64,000 bases of DNA. Origin: Chrysemys picta bellii (lineage: Eukaryota). Positions 49,048 through 62,057 of the stretch are shown here, in pieces. The first letter of the stretch is position 1; the number at the start of each line of letters is the position of its first letter. Under the pieces are notes generated by a model. The model saw nothing but the letters and a program-made list of their open reading frames with translations. It had not been told where the DNA came from and searched no databases. The DNA is taken from assembly GCF_011386835.1 (NCBI RefSeq), contig NC_088792.1, forward strand, positions 40,176,001 through 40,240,000, given 5' to 3'. The position numbers and the translations under genes are program-made.

Positions 49048-52000
49048 ACGCACACAGAGCAGGTTCCAGCAAGGAAGAGGAGAATTTAAAATCTCTCTTC
49101 CAAAGAAATTTTTAGGACAACAAACTCACAAGATAACTATTATATTCAAAATCTTCTTTGCTAGTCAGATTTTTCCTCCTATGTGCAATTTCTATAAAAA
49201 TAGAATGAAATGACTGATAATCTTGATGCTGGCCTCATTTGGATTTCAGTTTACTGATTCTGACTAAGTTTTTTAGAGGACACCGGTCACATTTATTGCA
49301 GACTTTTTCCACTAAGGGTAGAGTCTACTAATCACCAAAGATACTTAAATTACACTGCTTATTCTGTATTGCCTATAGCAGAGCCAGTACTGCAGCAAAT
49401 GTCATGCAGCAACTCATTTAAACAGCCTAGGGGCATGTGGAGACAGTAGTCCAAGTTCTACCCTCACATGTGTGGGACTCAATGACTTCATCAGGAGAAC
49501 CACATTTGTATTTGAGATCAGATGCATGTGGCACAGAGGATTCCAACGCAGATACCAGTAAGGAAGTAAGAGTCCTTTGTCACGTATTGAAGAGTTAATA
49601 TATACTCCCGCCTAAAACATCTGGGTACCAGCCTTAGCAAGTACAGGAGGCATTTTGATATAGTGTTGGCCTCAAGTACTGCATAGCATTACCTACTCTT
49701 TTTCTAATAGAAGCCTACTTCTGAGACTAGAGCTCCATTGGCTAAGAGGGAGCCTGCTCAATCTTTATTAATGCTACTTTCTCATTCTCTTGCAAGTACT
49801 TTACATAGATATTAAAGGGCCTTCCTGTATAAATGAAACTTCACATTAATAATCCATCACACTTGAAGTGTCTGCTAAAGGCTTAAAGGCCATCTTGGTG
49901 CTTGCTTTCTCTGTTCTTCATTTTGACTCAGCAAGCTGTGATGAACAGTAGCTAACACTTGCTAACCCCCTCCCCACCCTGCAAATGATCAACAGGAAAT
50001 AAGAATTAGTTATATTCATTCCCCTTCTCTCCCCCTCTCCCACATGAATGCACATGTTGTGTATTGGACTGTGCACTTCTTTATGTCACTCTTTATTTGT
50101 AACCTTCCCATCTCTCTCCTTCATAACATCCCTCACTGTACAAACAGAGCATATTCATGAGGAGTGTCTGATAGATAATGTGTTCCCGCATGTGGTAAAT
50201 TGTTTTCTCTCTAAAATAAATAAATAAAAGTCAATGTTCTTGGAGACTGGTAGTGTTTACTAAAGAGCAAATGCAAGTTTGCTTTTAAGATCCAGGAATA
50301 TGGGTGCCAACAATGATTGGGAACATTCAAGAGGCAAGAAGAGAGAGTTAAGCAGTGACTCTGAAATAATAGTATATTAAGGTTTTCAACTCCAATCTAG
50401 TGAGTGTAAAAAGCTTAAAGTTAAACCAGTCACACTAGAAGTGTTTTACTAGTCACCAGGAATAAATTAAACCTCTCCATTAAAAAAAAAAAAAAAAAAA
50501 AAAAAAACCTATTTGAGGAAAAAAATCTCATTATAGAACCATAAGACCAAATTCTGATCTTAATTGCTCAGGTGACCTTAGTTACACCCTTGAGAATGTG
50601 AGGTAAGTGCTGAATTAGTTGAAGTTGGAGCCCTGTAACTGGGGGCAGAAGTGGCCTTACTGAAGAAAGGAGATGGTGCCAAAAAAGGCTTTCTTGTAAT
50701 AGGGAGAGGGAAAACCCTGTTTCAATCTAATTCTAAAGTTGATTTCCGGTAGAAGAGTAGTCTCCCCTCTGAGTATCAGCTAGTGACAGTCAGGGAACAA
50801 GGCATCTAGGCTTTAGATTCCAGGTAGAAAGGAGTCTGAAAATATTGATAACATCTTAGTTATAGCCTGTACAATGACTGAATTTTTTAAGGCAGTAGGT
50901 AAACAGCCCTCTAAAGGTTTACCATATGAATGACCCGTGTTGGTGGTATTCTCAGTCTTCTCTTGCAGCTTCTTGAAGTCAGATGTAAACCTCTTCCCAT
51001 GTCAGATGCAGCTCACAGAAATATTGAGTTTCATGAAGAGTCTTAGAGAGAAGATCTGCTTTGTTTGAGGAAAAAAAGCTCAGCTGTCAGGTTTTTTTGG
51101 AGTATTGCTCAGAAATTCAGTGATAAAAGATCCCATTCTGCCTTCTGATTGATTTCTGTGCTTAGGAAAACAGAACAATTTCCCCAAATCTTCGCTCTGA
51201 AGTGGTCATATATTTAAAAAATTGTCAGGGAAGTAATTTGCATTTTTTAAAATGAAAAAAGTACAAATTTGTGCCTGTGATATTTCTTTTGGTTTTTAGA
51301 AAGATTAGAAACCGAACACAAGATGTACCTGGCAGTGAGACAAATCATTGTTATGCAGGATACATGGTGCCACATTTCACTTTAAATCAGGAACTAAAAT
51401 GTACCATTTTTGGACAACATAATAGATTCCATTTGGCTATGGAATTTATCCCATGCACAAAGAAATCTTTGCCAAGTTTTTCTGTAAGCAGTAAGATATG
51501 TAATTGGATCTTTCCAAAATATCCCCCCCCTTTAAAAAAATGTAAGATGCTAGAAAAAAAAAGTCTAGATGCTCAAGAATGAAGAAAAATAAGAGGGATG
51601 TTTTAGCAGTCATAATAAAATCTTCTATGAGAAATATGGCTAGCACAGTATTGCAAATTATATTTTCAAAATATATATTATGGTGCCAAGTATAGTCTTG
51701 TCTGCTTTCATGACAGCCAGATCTCAAATCTCTGCAGAGATCTGAATTTGGAGAATTGTATAGAAGTTGCATTAACCCTGCAAGGCAAGAAAGCTCACAT
51801 CTCTACTGTGTACTCAGAGGAAAGGGGTGGGAAATATATATGCCATGACATATAGATGCTCATTTCCTGATGGTATACAGGCTGATTTTTTGTTGTTCAT
51901 TGGGGCGAGATAGACAAAGGAATTCAGGGGCCTAAAGATAAAGATAGGCCCCTATAGGGATTTTCAAAAGCATGTAAGCAAGTTAGACTCCTAACTCCCT

Positions 52001-52981
52001 GACTTTCAAAGGGAGTTAGGTGCCTATACTGCTTAGGCACTTTTACCACTCTTACTCGGTGCCTAAAAAAAACCTTTGGTGGAAAAAATAAAAATAAAAA
52101 TCTAGCCCTAGGTCTTTGATTAACCCTGCTAGATCTCTGTATCTAACCCCAGTTGCTATGGCATTGATCATGCTGGGACAGTTCCTGCTCACCTTATTTA
52201 CATAAGCAGTTTCACTGACTTCAATGGGACTAGTTGTGTAAAGCAAGCAGGCTCTGGCCCATTGTGTTACTTGGATCTTTGGATCCTTGAAGCCTCCAAC
52301 AAACTCCTTTGGAAACATCCACTTATTGGGAGAAAGGAATGAGTTACAAAATGTTAGAGACATGTATAGTCCCAGCAGAACCCAAAGAGAAAAAATATTT
52401 TCTGTTCTCTTGGTCAAATCTCATTTTATCAGAGAATTACACATTCAGCACAAATGTTTACTTACTGCTCCAGAGTTGCTCCATAATGTACATCCTGCAC
52501 CTTCTTGTACCTCTTAGCAATGGACCATCTCAATGGCATTCCTCTACTGATACAAGTCATACACAGTATGAAACTCAGATGAGACAGGGATGCTTTGGCA
52601 GGGGGAAATCTCTGCAGCTTGTGCATAGAAGGGTTAGGGCTTTATTCAGGTATAACATTTGCCATAGAACGTATTGACCTTTTCCACAAAGATGGGGGTG
52701 GGGGAGGAAATGTGTTTACAATAGCTATGTTCAAATCCCTGATACAAGTCACCACTGATCAGTACCTACAGAAATACATTAATCCTGGTGAAGTTGTTCC
52801 ACCTTGTCAATAAATATTCACTGGGCCAGAGAGAACAAAAGTGAGAGAGATTGGCTCCATAGTCCAGTGGTTAGGGCCTTTCGATGGGATGTGGAAAAGT
52901 TAATCCCTGCTCCAATGAATATTTAGTTATTTATACAAAGTGGAACAACTTCAGCAGAAGAGATTGAGAGCTCCTCCCCTC

Positions 52982-53188
52982 CAGGGCCGGCTCTGGCTTT
53001 TTTGCCGCCCCAGGCAAAAAAAGCCTCCGGCCGCCGCCCTCCCCCTGCACAGCAGGGGAGGGCGGCCGGAGCCCCGGGGGGGAGGGCGGCGAGCCCCGGC
53101 CGGGGCCCCACTCTCCCCGGCGGCCGGAGCGCCGCACCGTGCCGCCCCAAGCACAAGCTTGGTGGGCTGGTGCCTGGAGCCGGCCCTG
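52982..53188. mobile_element. hAT (Tip100-like) MITE, related to 23662
   Basis: TIRs CAGGGCCGGCTC / GAGCCGGCCCTG; perfect 8-bp TSD CTCCCCTC. Confidence 0.92.
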
Positions 53189-56069
53189 CTCCCCTCACAC
53201 ATCAGCATAGCTAATACTCTAGTTGGTGGTAGGACACTCCCCTTGGGTGTGGAACTTTGGGTTCAAGTCCCTACTGGAAATCAGGAAGAGTGGGGATTTA
53301 ACCCGTGTTTCCCACCTGCCAGATGAAAGCCCTGTGAATGCTGCACACCTGATTGTCTCATCTGTGGGTCCCACCCAGAGGAATACCTTGTTGGAGAATC
53401 CCAACAGGGCTTAGGGGTGATTAAGGGCTCTGAGCAGCTTCATGGGTGGCTTCAGGATTGAGGCAGCTGTGCTCATACCGATTGACAACCACTTAGGCAC
53501 CTGTCTTAGGTACTTAAGTTCAGCACTTAGGTCCCTAGGTCAGTGGTGCCTAAGTCCCTTTGTGAATCTAGCCCTCTTAAGCCCCAGTTGCAAAACATAT
53601 TTAATCATCTTAACTTTAAGCACCTGCTTAAGTCACGCGGAAGAGAATTACTTCTGTGGGATTGAAGTGCTTGCTAAATGTGAATTAATTTAAACCTATG
53701 CTTAGAAGTTATATACATACTTAAATATTTTGCTAAATGGAAGCCTTTAACAGAACTCATCTGCACCTCTTATCTTAGTTTTATTTGCACCTTTCTGTAC
53801 AACTACATTTAATTTGTATTTACCGCAAACATTTTAAAAAACAAATTAAAGTACAGACTAGGATTCAAACATTGAGAGGATTATTTAAACCAAACCACTA
53901 AACATTGTGAAGTTTGAGTTTTTAGGTAGTAAACAGACACTGATCAAGCAGTAGATAGGATAGGAAGTATGTTCTAATCAAAGTAACAATTCACTAAGGC
54001 CCCACTCCAGTAGTGCATGTACTCACATGCTTAAAAGGTAAGCATGTGCTTTGTCCTATTAACTTCTGTGAGACCACTCTGGAATTACTTATTTGCTTTA
54101 AGTTAAGCATGTGTTTACAGGAGCTGCTGGACTGATCTGATGGAGAACAGAGTAGAAAGATTCTCATCTTCATGATGTTCATAACCAGCATACCTACTCA
54201 TTCTTGATGAATTGCAAGTGTGTGGTGCAGATGTACACCATAAACTGGGTCATTAAATGTGTAATTACATCTTCCAGATGATCACAGAATCAATTGCTAT
54301 TATTTTCCAAGGGCTGCCATTAATGTTAACAGCAACACTGAGCAGAACTGCTTTCCATCAAACAGTGACACAAGAAGGCACATCATGGCAGAGAGATTTT
54401 AAGGGAAAAAACACACTTAAAACAAGTATTAATCAAAGTAAGATTTTCCTCTTGTAATTTGTCCTTTACCATTTAAAATAATAATAATAAAAAAACCACC
54501 TCACAAAGCATGAAATAGGAACACAACTATTTCTGTAATGTTTATACTCACAATACATAGCTATACACACAAGTTACAACTGCAGATTTTTTGCTCTTGT
54601 TGTAGAACATTGAGAAGGAATCACAAATGAGGTCAGAAAGTTTCTGTTAAATATTTATAGTCTGAAGTTGTCCTTTAAAGTACAGTGGGCACCCTTAAAA
54701 CATTTCCCTTTAATTTTAGCTAAGGAAGCACTACTACTGGTGGTATTTTCCAGTCTATTCTAAATAGAAGGCATATGTAATAACCCACTTACTACCAAGG
54801 CACCCCCTTGCATCCGGACCCACTGTTTTGGTGAACCAGCCCCAGTCATTAACCCACCACCACATTCAGACCCCAGAATGCTAGTTCCAGAGCATGCAGA
54901 TAGTGCCTTACTCCTCTTATGTTACGCAGAGAGTCAGACAACAGACAGCCATAGGTCTGTCGAGGGGGGAGGGGGGGGAGGAGAATCCTCCAGAGCTCCC
55001 CCAGGTACATGTCTGAAGGCCTGTTTTTTGAGGCACTTTTCCCATTCAGGTTCTCTCAGGCCAGTGCAGGTTCACAGTCTTTGGCAGCCTACAGGATGGC
55101 AGGGAACCATCACCATCAGGTTCCTTTCCAGGGCCCCATGATAGGAAGCAAAGGTCTGCACCCCAAAGATGCTGTACCACTGCTTCCCTGGATTGCTTCC
55201 TACCTAGCCCCTTCTATCAAAGGGCAAAGTGAAGACCTTAAATAAAATAAACCAAAGGTACAGCTCAGTTCTTCTGAGTGTTAGGAATCCTCGTAGCCTC
55301 AGCAGATCTGATAGAGTCACAATAGCCAGAGGCCCTACCTAGACCTCTTGCAGTACATCCCTTCAATGAGCTAAGAGCAGAGATCTTTTCACCTCCACAT
55401 GCTACCTAATACTCAGATGGTTTGGTCTCCTTTTGAGCTCTACCTGCAGCCCATCCATGCTTTGCAGGTGAAGTGGGATGAGGTGCCTGAGCTCAAAGTA
55501 GCTCTTTAATCCCTCCCTCTCAGTGTGAGGTTTGTATACCTCATCATAGGACATCACCCATATAATAGTCTTATCTAATCTACAGGCAATAAAGGCAAAA
55601 TGTGACATTAAGTTAATGGTGAATGTGACAGGTTCCTGCTGTACAATTCACTGTCTTGCAACATACAGAGTTCAAATCAAAAAACATTTGGCCATTTCCT
55701 ATGGAAGCAATTTGTCTTTTATTCTAAGTTAAAGTATTTAATTGGTATGATGAATGGGGCTATGTCTGTACAACTTGTGAATTCTAATTGATCTGGGAAA
55801 GTTGTATTATGAAAATCTGCTGTGTTATATGAGTGCCTGTATTTATGTGGATCCACCATTGCTGACAAGCTTTGTGGAAGATATACACCAGCCAAATGCA
55901 ATAGAAGTCCTAAGCACCTTACAGACCTTTTTCAGGTGCAAACAGCCAGGACAGTGAGTTAACTGCCTCCTTAGACAACCAGTTTAGCAGATACCTCTGC
56001 AGGGAGGGAGGAAAGGTAGGAGCTGTGGAAGGTTAGCAGGATTAGAATGAAAGAGCCAGGTGACTCTTT

Positions 56070-56072
<3 letters not shown>

Positions 56073-56112
<40 letters not shown>
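56073..56112. repeat. (TG)20 microsatellite
   Basis: Direct reading. Confidence 0.95.
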
Positions 56113-56114
<2 letters not shown>

Positions 56115-57240
56115 ATAAATAAAGAAACACATAGGAACAGGGAGCCACAGGAAAAGGAAGTATGAAAGAAGCAGGAGTGTAAGGTCACAGAACATGTGTA
56201 AGGGGCTCTGGGAGGAAGGGGTGACCCAACATGTAGCAGCCTCATGGGTGTAAGGGTGGTCCTGTCTGTTTTCCTGAACCTACATGACCTTAAGGGACTT
56301 GGAACCCAGTCCACAGAATGCCCTGGAGTGGTAAGGAAACTGAGGCAGGGACATGCATGTATGTTTTGTATGGTCTATATTCATGCTTTACACATTATTA
56401 AGAATAAAAGAATGTAAAACTGTTAGATTGTGTAAATTGTGTGTAAACTATTTTACAGCTGCTGTGTGCCCCAAGAGCATCAAACTGAGAACCATGGGCT
56501 TCAAACCTTTCAGCGTGGCTTAATGGGATAGAGGTGTGGGTAAGTACTTGGGGATCAGTGCTGGTCCTGGAGGCCTATGATAGGTGGGCTGAGTATCCCC
56601 GTTTCCAAGAAGGGGTGGCAGTCAGTGCCCAAGAAATGTGCTAGAGAGGCCCAGGGAAGAACTAGTATTGCAGGGGCCTGAAGTTTCAGAAGCTTAACGG
56701 TCCAGGTGACCCTGACCACAGAGGCTTGGATTATCCTCACAGCAGTCCTAGTAGCTGGCCAGGAGGGGCCACTCGCTAGGATCTCTGACAATTGGTACCT
56801 CTATTACTTTGTTTCTTCCTTAGCTAGTGAATGGAGTAGTGTTGTGTCTGTACTCTGAGGTTAGTTACAACTTACATTTTGTAATTAAAAACGTGCACAT
56901 TATTAGTTTCTCTCCCGCCTACAGTGATTTGTACATGATACACAGAGTCCCTTTTCACAGCTTAGCCAACTAATAAGTGGTCTCACAAAGAATTGCATCA
57001 AGAGAATACAACTGCTTGACTACTAATAAAGTAAGGCTGTACTCAGTGACTTGCAAACCATACACAGTATAGGAAAATGTCACATAGGTCTCATAGAAGA
57101 GAAAAATATCTTCTGCTGGTGCAAGGGCTGTTTTGTAAATCTATTGTGATTCTGGGTAGATCCTATTAAAATAGCTGGTATTTTAACATCATGTAAGTGG
57201 GGAAAGTGATCTAATGCACCTCAGTGATGCACTGCAGCTC

Positions 57241-57515
57241 CAGGGGTGGCTCTAGCTTTCTTGCTGCCCCAAGCACGGCAGGGAGGCAGCCTTCTGCGGC
57301 ACACCTGCGGGAGGTCCCTGGTCCTGCAGATTTGGCGGCATGCCTGCGGGAGGTCTGCCGGTGCCGCAGCTTTGGCGTACCCGCTGCCGAAGCCACGGAC
57401 CTCCCGCAGGCAAGCTGCCAAAGGCTACCTGACTGTCGCCCTCACAGGGACCGGCAGGGCGCCCCCCGCGGCTTGCCACCCCAGGCACGCGCTTGGAGCG
57501 CTGGAGCCACTGCTG
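57241..57515 (+). mobile_element. hAT MITE
   Basis: Imperfect TIRs CAGGGGTGGCTCTAG / CTGGAGCCACTGCTG; perfect 8-bp TSD TGCAGCTC. Confidence 0.88.
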
Positions 57516-57677
57516 TGCAGCTCTAGTTATTTCATATTTAAAGAAATTCAACAATATAAATATTCACTTAACATCTTACTCAATCTCAGAATTTGGTGTG
57601 CATGTTAGGAAACCTGAAGCACATTCAAGGGAAAGGTTAGGAGCATGAGAATTTCTCCCATATGAAGAAGTTCTACC

Positions 57678-57935
57678 CAGCAGCAGCACTTCAAGTGCGT
57701 GCCTGGGGCGGCAAGCTGCGGGGGGCGCCCTGCCGGTCCCTGCGAGAGCGACAGACAGCCTTCGGCAGCATGCCCGTGGGAGCTCCGCCGGTCCTGTGGA
57801 TTCGGCGGAAATTCAGTGGTGGGAACGCCTAAGCCGTGGGACCGGTGGACCTCCCGTAGGCATGCCGCCTAAGGCGGCCTGCCTGCCATGCTTGGGGCAC
57901 CAAAAAAAAAAAAAAAAGAGCTAGAGCCGCCCCCG
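57678..57935 (-). mobile_element. hAT MITE, same family as 57241, opposite orientation
   Basis: Reverse-complement similarity to 57241-57515; TSD GTTCTACC / GTTCTACT. Confidence 0.85.
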
Positions 57936-58690
57936 GTTCTACTGCTCTTCTTTCAAATGTTTTGTGAGAAATTTGGCTGTTAGTGAAAAGTGCCACTAGA
58001 AAATTTAACTTATATGACCGACTTTCATGTAGCATATCAATGTAGGTCTTTATAACCTTGATAGCACTGCAGGCATTATATTTTCACAGATGTTTTCTTG
58101 ATTTTTTTTTTAAATTATATTTAAAGTGCTAAATTTAAAATGGGCTCAATTCATTCTCTACAGTTGCACCCACAATTTTGCATTCCCAATCATTCTACAC
58201 CCCACAAGGCAGAGCGAGTGCACTCACATGGCATTTATGGGCTACCTGACATGCCCACCCATGGGAATGAGGATCTCTGTGGTCACCAATAAGATTCTAA
58301 CCACCAGCAAGGTGACTAATGTCCCCTCCTGTGCATGGTGAAGAATTGTCCCTCTTCTCTCCTTCTTAAATGATATCTTCTCACCCATGTGTACAGGGTG
58401 CACGTGATCCAGCCTCAAATTAATGATCTACAATCATTGCAGCTGAACGTGAGACACCATTTTCATCTGCAACATTGGCTAGGTGACTAACTCTCCTAAA
58501 AACTGTATCCAGATTTCACTGACCATCTGGATATGCAAATGAAAGGGTTAGGGTTTTTTCCATGATATGACTGAACACCAAGCAAACACTCAACGTAATG
58601 ACAGGTTACAAAGTAGCAGCCGTGTTAGTCTGTATCCGCAAAAAGAACAGGAGTACTTGTGGCACCTTAGAGACTAACACATTTATTTCA

Positions 58691-58731
58691 GCATAAGCTT
58701 TCGTGGGCTACAGCCCACGTCTTCAGATGTA
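58691..58731 (-). ncRNA. Minimal type I hammerhead ribozyme motif (inverted arm)
   Basis: Minus strand reads ACA-T-CTGAAGA-C-GTGGGC-TGTA-GCCCAC-GAAA-GC-TT-A-TGC. Stem I has one mismatch. Confidence 0.65.
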
Positions 58732-60114
58732 TAGAGTGGAACACACAGACAGAAGATATTTATACATACAGAGAACATGAAAAGGTGGAAGTACGCATAC
58801 CAATTGTAAGAGGCCAATCAATTGAGATGAGCTATCAGTAGCAGCAGAAGAAAAAACTTTGAAGTGATAATCAAGATGACCCATAGAAGGTGTGAGGAGA
58901 ACTTAACATGGGGGGGGGGGAATTCAGTTAGTGTAATGACCCAACCATTCCCAATCTCTGTTTAGGCCTAAGTTAATGGTGTCTAATTTGCATATTAATT
59001 CGAGTTCAGCAGTCTCTCTTTGGAGTCTGTTTTTGAAGTTTTTTGTTGCAAAACTGACACCTTCAAGTCTGTCACTGAGTGATGAGAGGTTGAAGTGTTC
59101 TCCCACTGGTTTTTGAATGTTATGATTCCTGATGTCAGATTTGGTCCATTTATTCTTTTGTGTAGAGACTGTCCAGTTTAGCCAATGTACATGGCAGAGG
59201 GGCATTGCTGGCACATATCACGTTGGTAGATGTGCAGGTGAACGAGCCCCTGATGGTGTGGCTGACGTGGTTAGGTCCTATGATGGTGTCACTTGACTAG
59301 ATATGTGGACAGAACTGGCATTGGGCTTTGTTGCAAGGATAGGTTCCTGGGTTAGTGTTTTTGTTGTATGGTGTGAGATGAGTATTTGCTTAAGGTTGGG
59401 AGGCTGTCTGTAAGCGAGGACTGGTCTGTCTCCCAAGATCTGTGAGAGTGAGGGATCATCTTTCAGGATAGGTTGTAGATCTTTAATGATGCGCTGGAGA
59501 GGTTTCAGTTGGGGGTTCAAAACTGGATACTCATGAAAAACCAACCTTCCACACAAACTTCCTCATGGATAGACTTTACAAAAACTAGACAAGCCATTTA
59601 CAATACAAACTTTGCTTCTCTACAAAAGAAAAAGGACACTAAACTGTCTAAACTACTACATGTCACAAGAAGCCACAACAGTAGCTCCCTTACCCCACCC
59701 AACAATATTGTTGTTCTTAGGACAGATTCTTCTGCTGGGCTATCTCGGAGCCTTTCCTTTTGTCCTTCCAGACCCACAAACATGATACAGTTCTGCAGTG
59801 ACCTAGAATCCTACTTTCACCGTCTCTGACTCAAAGAATATTTCCAACACACCTCTGAACAACATACTAACCCACAGAATCCTTCCTACCAACACTACAA
59901 AAAGAAGGATTCTGCATGGACTCCTCCTGAAGGTCAAAACAACAGACTGGACTTCTATGTAGATTGCTTCTGTCAACATGCACGGGCTGAAATTGTGGAA
60001 AAGTAGCATCACTTGCCCCATAACCTAAGCCGTGCTGAACACAACGCCATCAACAGCCTCCGAACAACTCTGACATCATAATCAAAGGCTGACAAAGGAG
60101 GTGCTGTCTTCATC

Positions 60115-61361
60115 ATGAATAAGTTGGAATATGAACAAGAGGCTGCTAGGCAGCTCTCTAACTCCACATTCTACAAGCCATTATCCTCTGATCCCACTGA
60201 GTACCAAAAGAAACTACACCATCTGCTCAAGAAACTCCTGGAAAAAGCACAGGAACAGATCTGTACAGACACATGCCTAGAACCCCGACCAGGTATATTC
60301 TATTTGCTACCCAAGATCCATAAACCTGGAAATCCTGGATGCCCCATCATCTCAAGGCACCTTAACAGCAGGATTGTCTGGCTATGTGGACTCTCTCTCC
60401 TCAGGCCCTACGCTACCAGCGCTCCCGGCTATCTTCAAGACACCACTGACTTCCTGAGGAAACTACAATCCATTGATTATGTTCCAGAAAACACCATCCT
60501 GGCCACTATGAATGTAGAATTCCTCTACACCAACATTCCACACAAAGATGGACTACAAGCTATCAGGAATAGCATCCCCGATACCATCACGGCAAACCTG
60601 GTGGCTGAACTTTGTGATTTTGTCCTCACCCACAACTATTTCACATTTGGGGACAATATATACCTTCAAGTCAACGGCACTGCTATGGGTACCCGCATGG
60701 TCCCACAGTATGCCAACATCTTTATGGCTGACTTAGGGGACGAGCGTTAAGGAAGCATTTTTCTAACGCCCCTACTCTACTTGTGCTACATTGATGATAT
60801 CTTCATCATCTGGACCCATGGAAAAGAAGCTCTTGATGAATTCCACCATGATTTTTAACAATTTCCATCCCACCATCAACCTCAGCCTAGACCAATCCAC
60901 ACAAGCGGTCCATTTCCTAGACACTACTGTGCTAATAAGCGATGGTCACAAACACCACCCTATACCAGAAACCCACTGGCCGCTATACTTACCTACATGC
61001 CTCCAGCTTCCATCCAGGACACACCACACAATCCATTGTCTACAGCCAAGCTCTAAGATACAACCGCATTTGCTCCAATCCCTCAGACAGAGATAAACAC
61101 CTACAAGATTTCTATCAAGCATTCTTAAAACTACAATACCCACCCGCTGAAGTGAAAAAACAGATTGACAGAGCCAGAAAAGTACCTAGAAGCCACCTAC
61201 TACAGGACAGGCCCAACAAAGAAAATAACAGAACACCACTAGCCACCACCTTCAGCCCCCAACTGAAACCTCTCCAGCGCATCATTAAAGATCTACAACC
61301 TATCCTGAAAGATGATCCCTCACTCACAGATCTTGGGAGACAGACCAGTCCTCGCTTATAG
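60115..61361 (+). pseudogene. Penelope-like reverse transcriptase, disrupted
   Basis: FYLLPKIHKPGNPG, ILATMNVEFLYTNIPH (motif A, D replaced by N), QVNGTAMGTRMVPQYANIFMA (motif B'), YIDDIFIIWTHG (motif C, from ~60787), TLYQKPT thumb region; frameshifts and a micro-inversion. Confidence 0.92.
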
Positions 61362-61499
61362 ACAGCCTCCCAACCTTAAGCAAATACTCACCAGCAACCG
61401 TACACCATACAACAAAACACACTAACCCAAGAACCTATCCTTGCAACAAATCCCAATGCCAGCTCTGTCCACATATCTAGTCAAGTGACACCATCATAG

Positions 61500-61830
61500 G
61501 ACCTAACCACGTCAGCCACACCATCAGGGGCTCGTTCACCTGCACATCTACCAACGTGATATGTGCCAGCAATGCCCCTCTGCCATGTACATTGGCCAAA
61601 CTGGACAGTCTCTACGCAAAAGAATAAATGGACACAAATCTGACATCAGGAATCAGGACATTCAAAAACCAGTGGGAGAACACTTCAACCTCTCTAATCA
61701 CTCAGTGACAGAGACAGTTTTGCAACAAAAAACTTCAAAAACAGACTCCAAAGAGAGACTGCTGAACTCGAATTAATATGCAAATTAGACACTATTAACT
61801 TAGGCCTAAACAGAGATTGGGAATGGTTGG
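61500..61830 (+). pseudogene. Penelope-like GIY-YIG endonuclease, frameshifted
   Basis: FTCTSTNVI / MCQQCPSAMYIGQTGQSLRKRINGHKSDIRN...KPVGEHFN. Confidence 0.9.
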
Positions 61831-62017
61831 GTCATTACACTAATTGAATTCCCCCCCCTCACCCCATTTTAAGTTCTCCTCACACCTTCTACTGGTCATC
61901 TTGATTATCACTTCAAAGTTTTTTCCTTCTGCTGCCTCTGTCAATTGGTATGTGTACTTCCACCTTTTCATGTTCTCTATATGTATAAATATCTTCTGTC
62001 TGTGTGTTCCATTCTAT

Positions 62018-62057
62018 GCATCTGAAGAAGTGGGCTGTAGCCCATGAAAGCTTATGC
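62018..62057 (+). ncRNA. Minimal type I hammerhead ribozyme motif (direct arm)
   Basis: GCA-T-CTGAAGA-A-GTGGGC-TGTA-GCCCAT-GAAA-GC-TT-A-TGC: CUGANGA core, 6-bp stem II (one G-U pair), GAAA, palindromic AAGCTT stem III and 3-bp stem I. PLE-associated hammerheads are an established class. Confidence 0.75.

Noticed and set aside
52860-53330. tRNA-like fragments flanking the 52982 MITE
   Set aside because: Too degenerate for a cloverleaf; most likely old SINE or MITE debris.
57211-57608. Multiple 60-120 aa ORFs
   Set aside because: Entirely within GC-rich MITEs bounded by TSDs.
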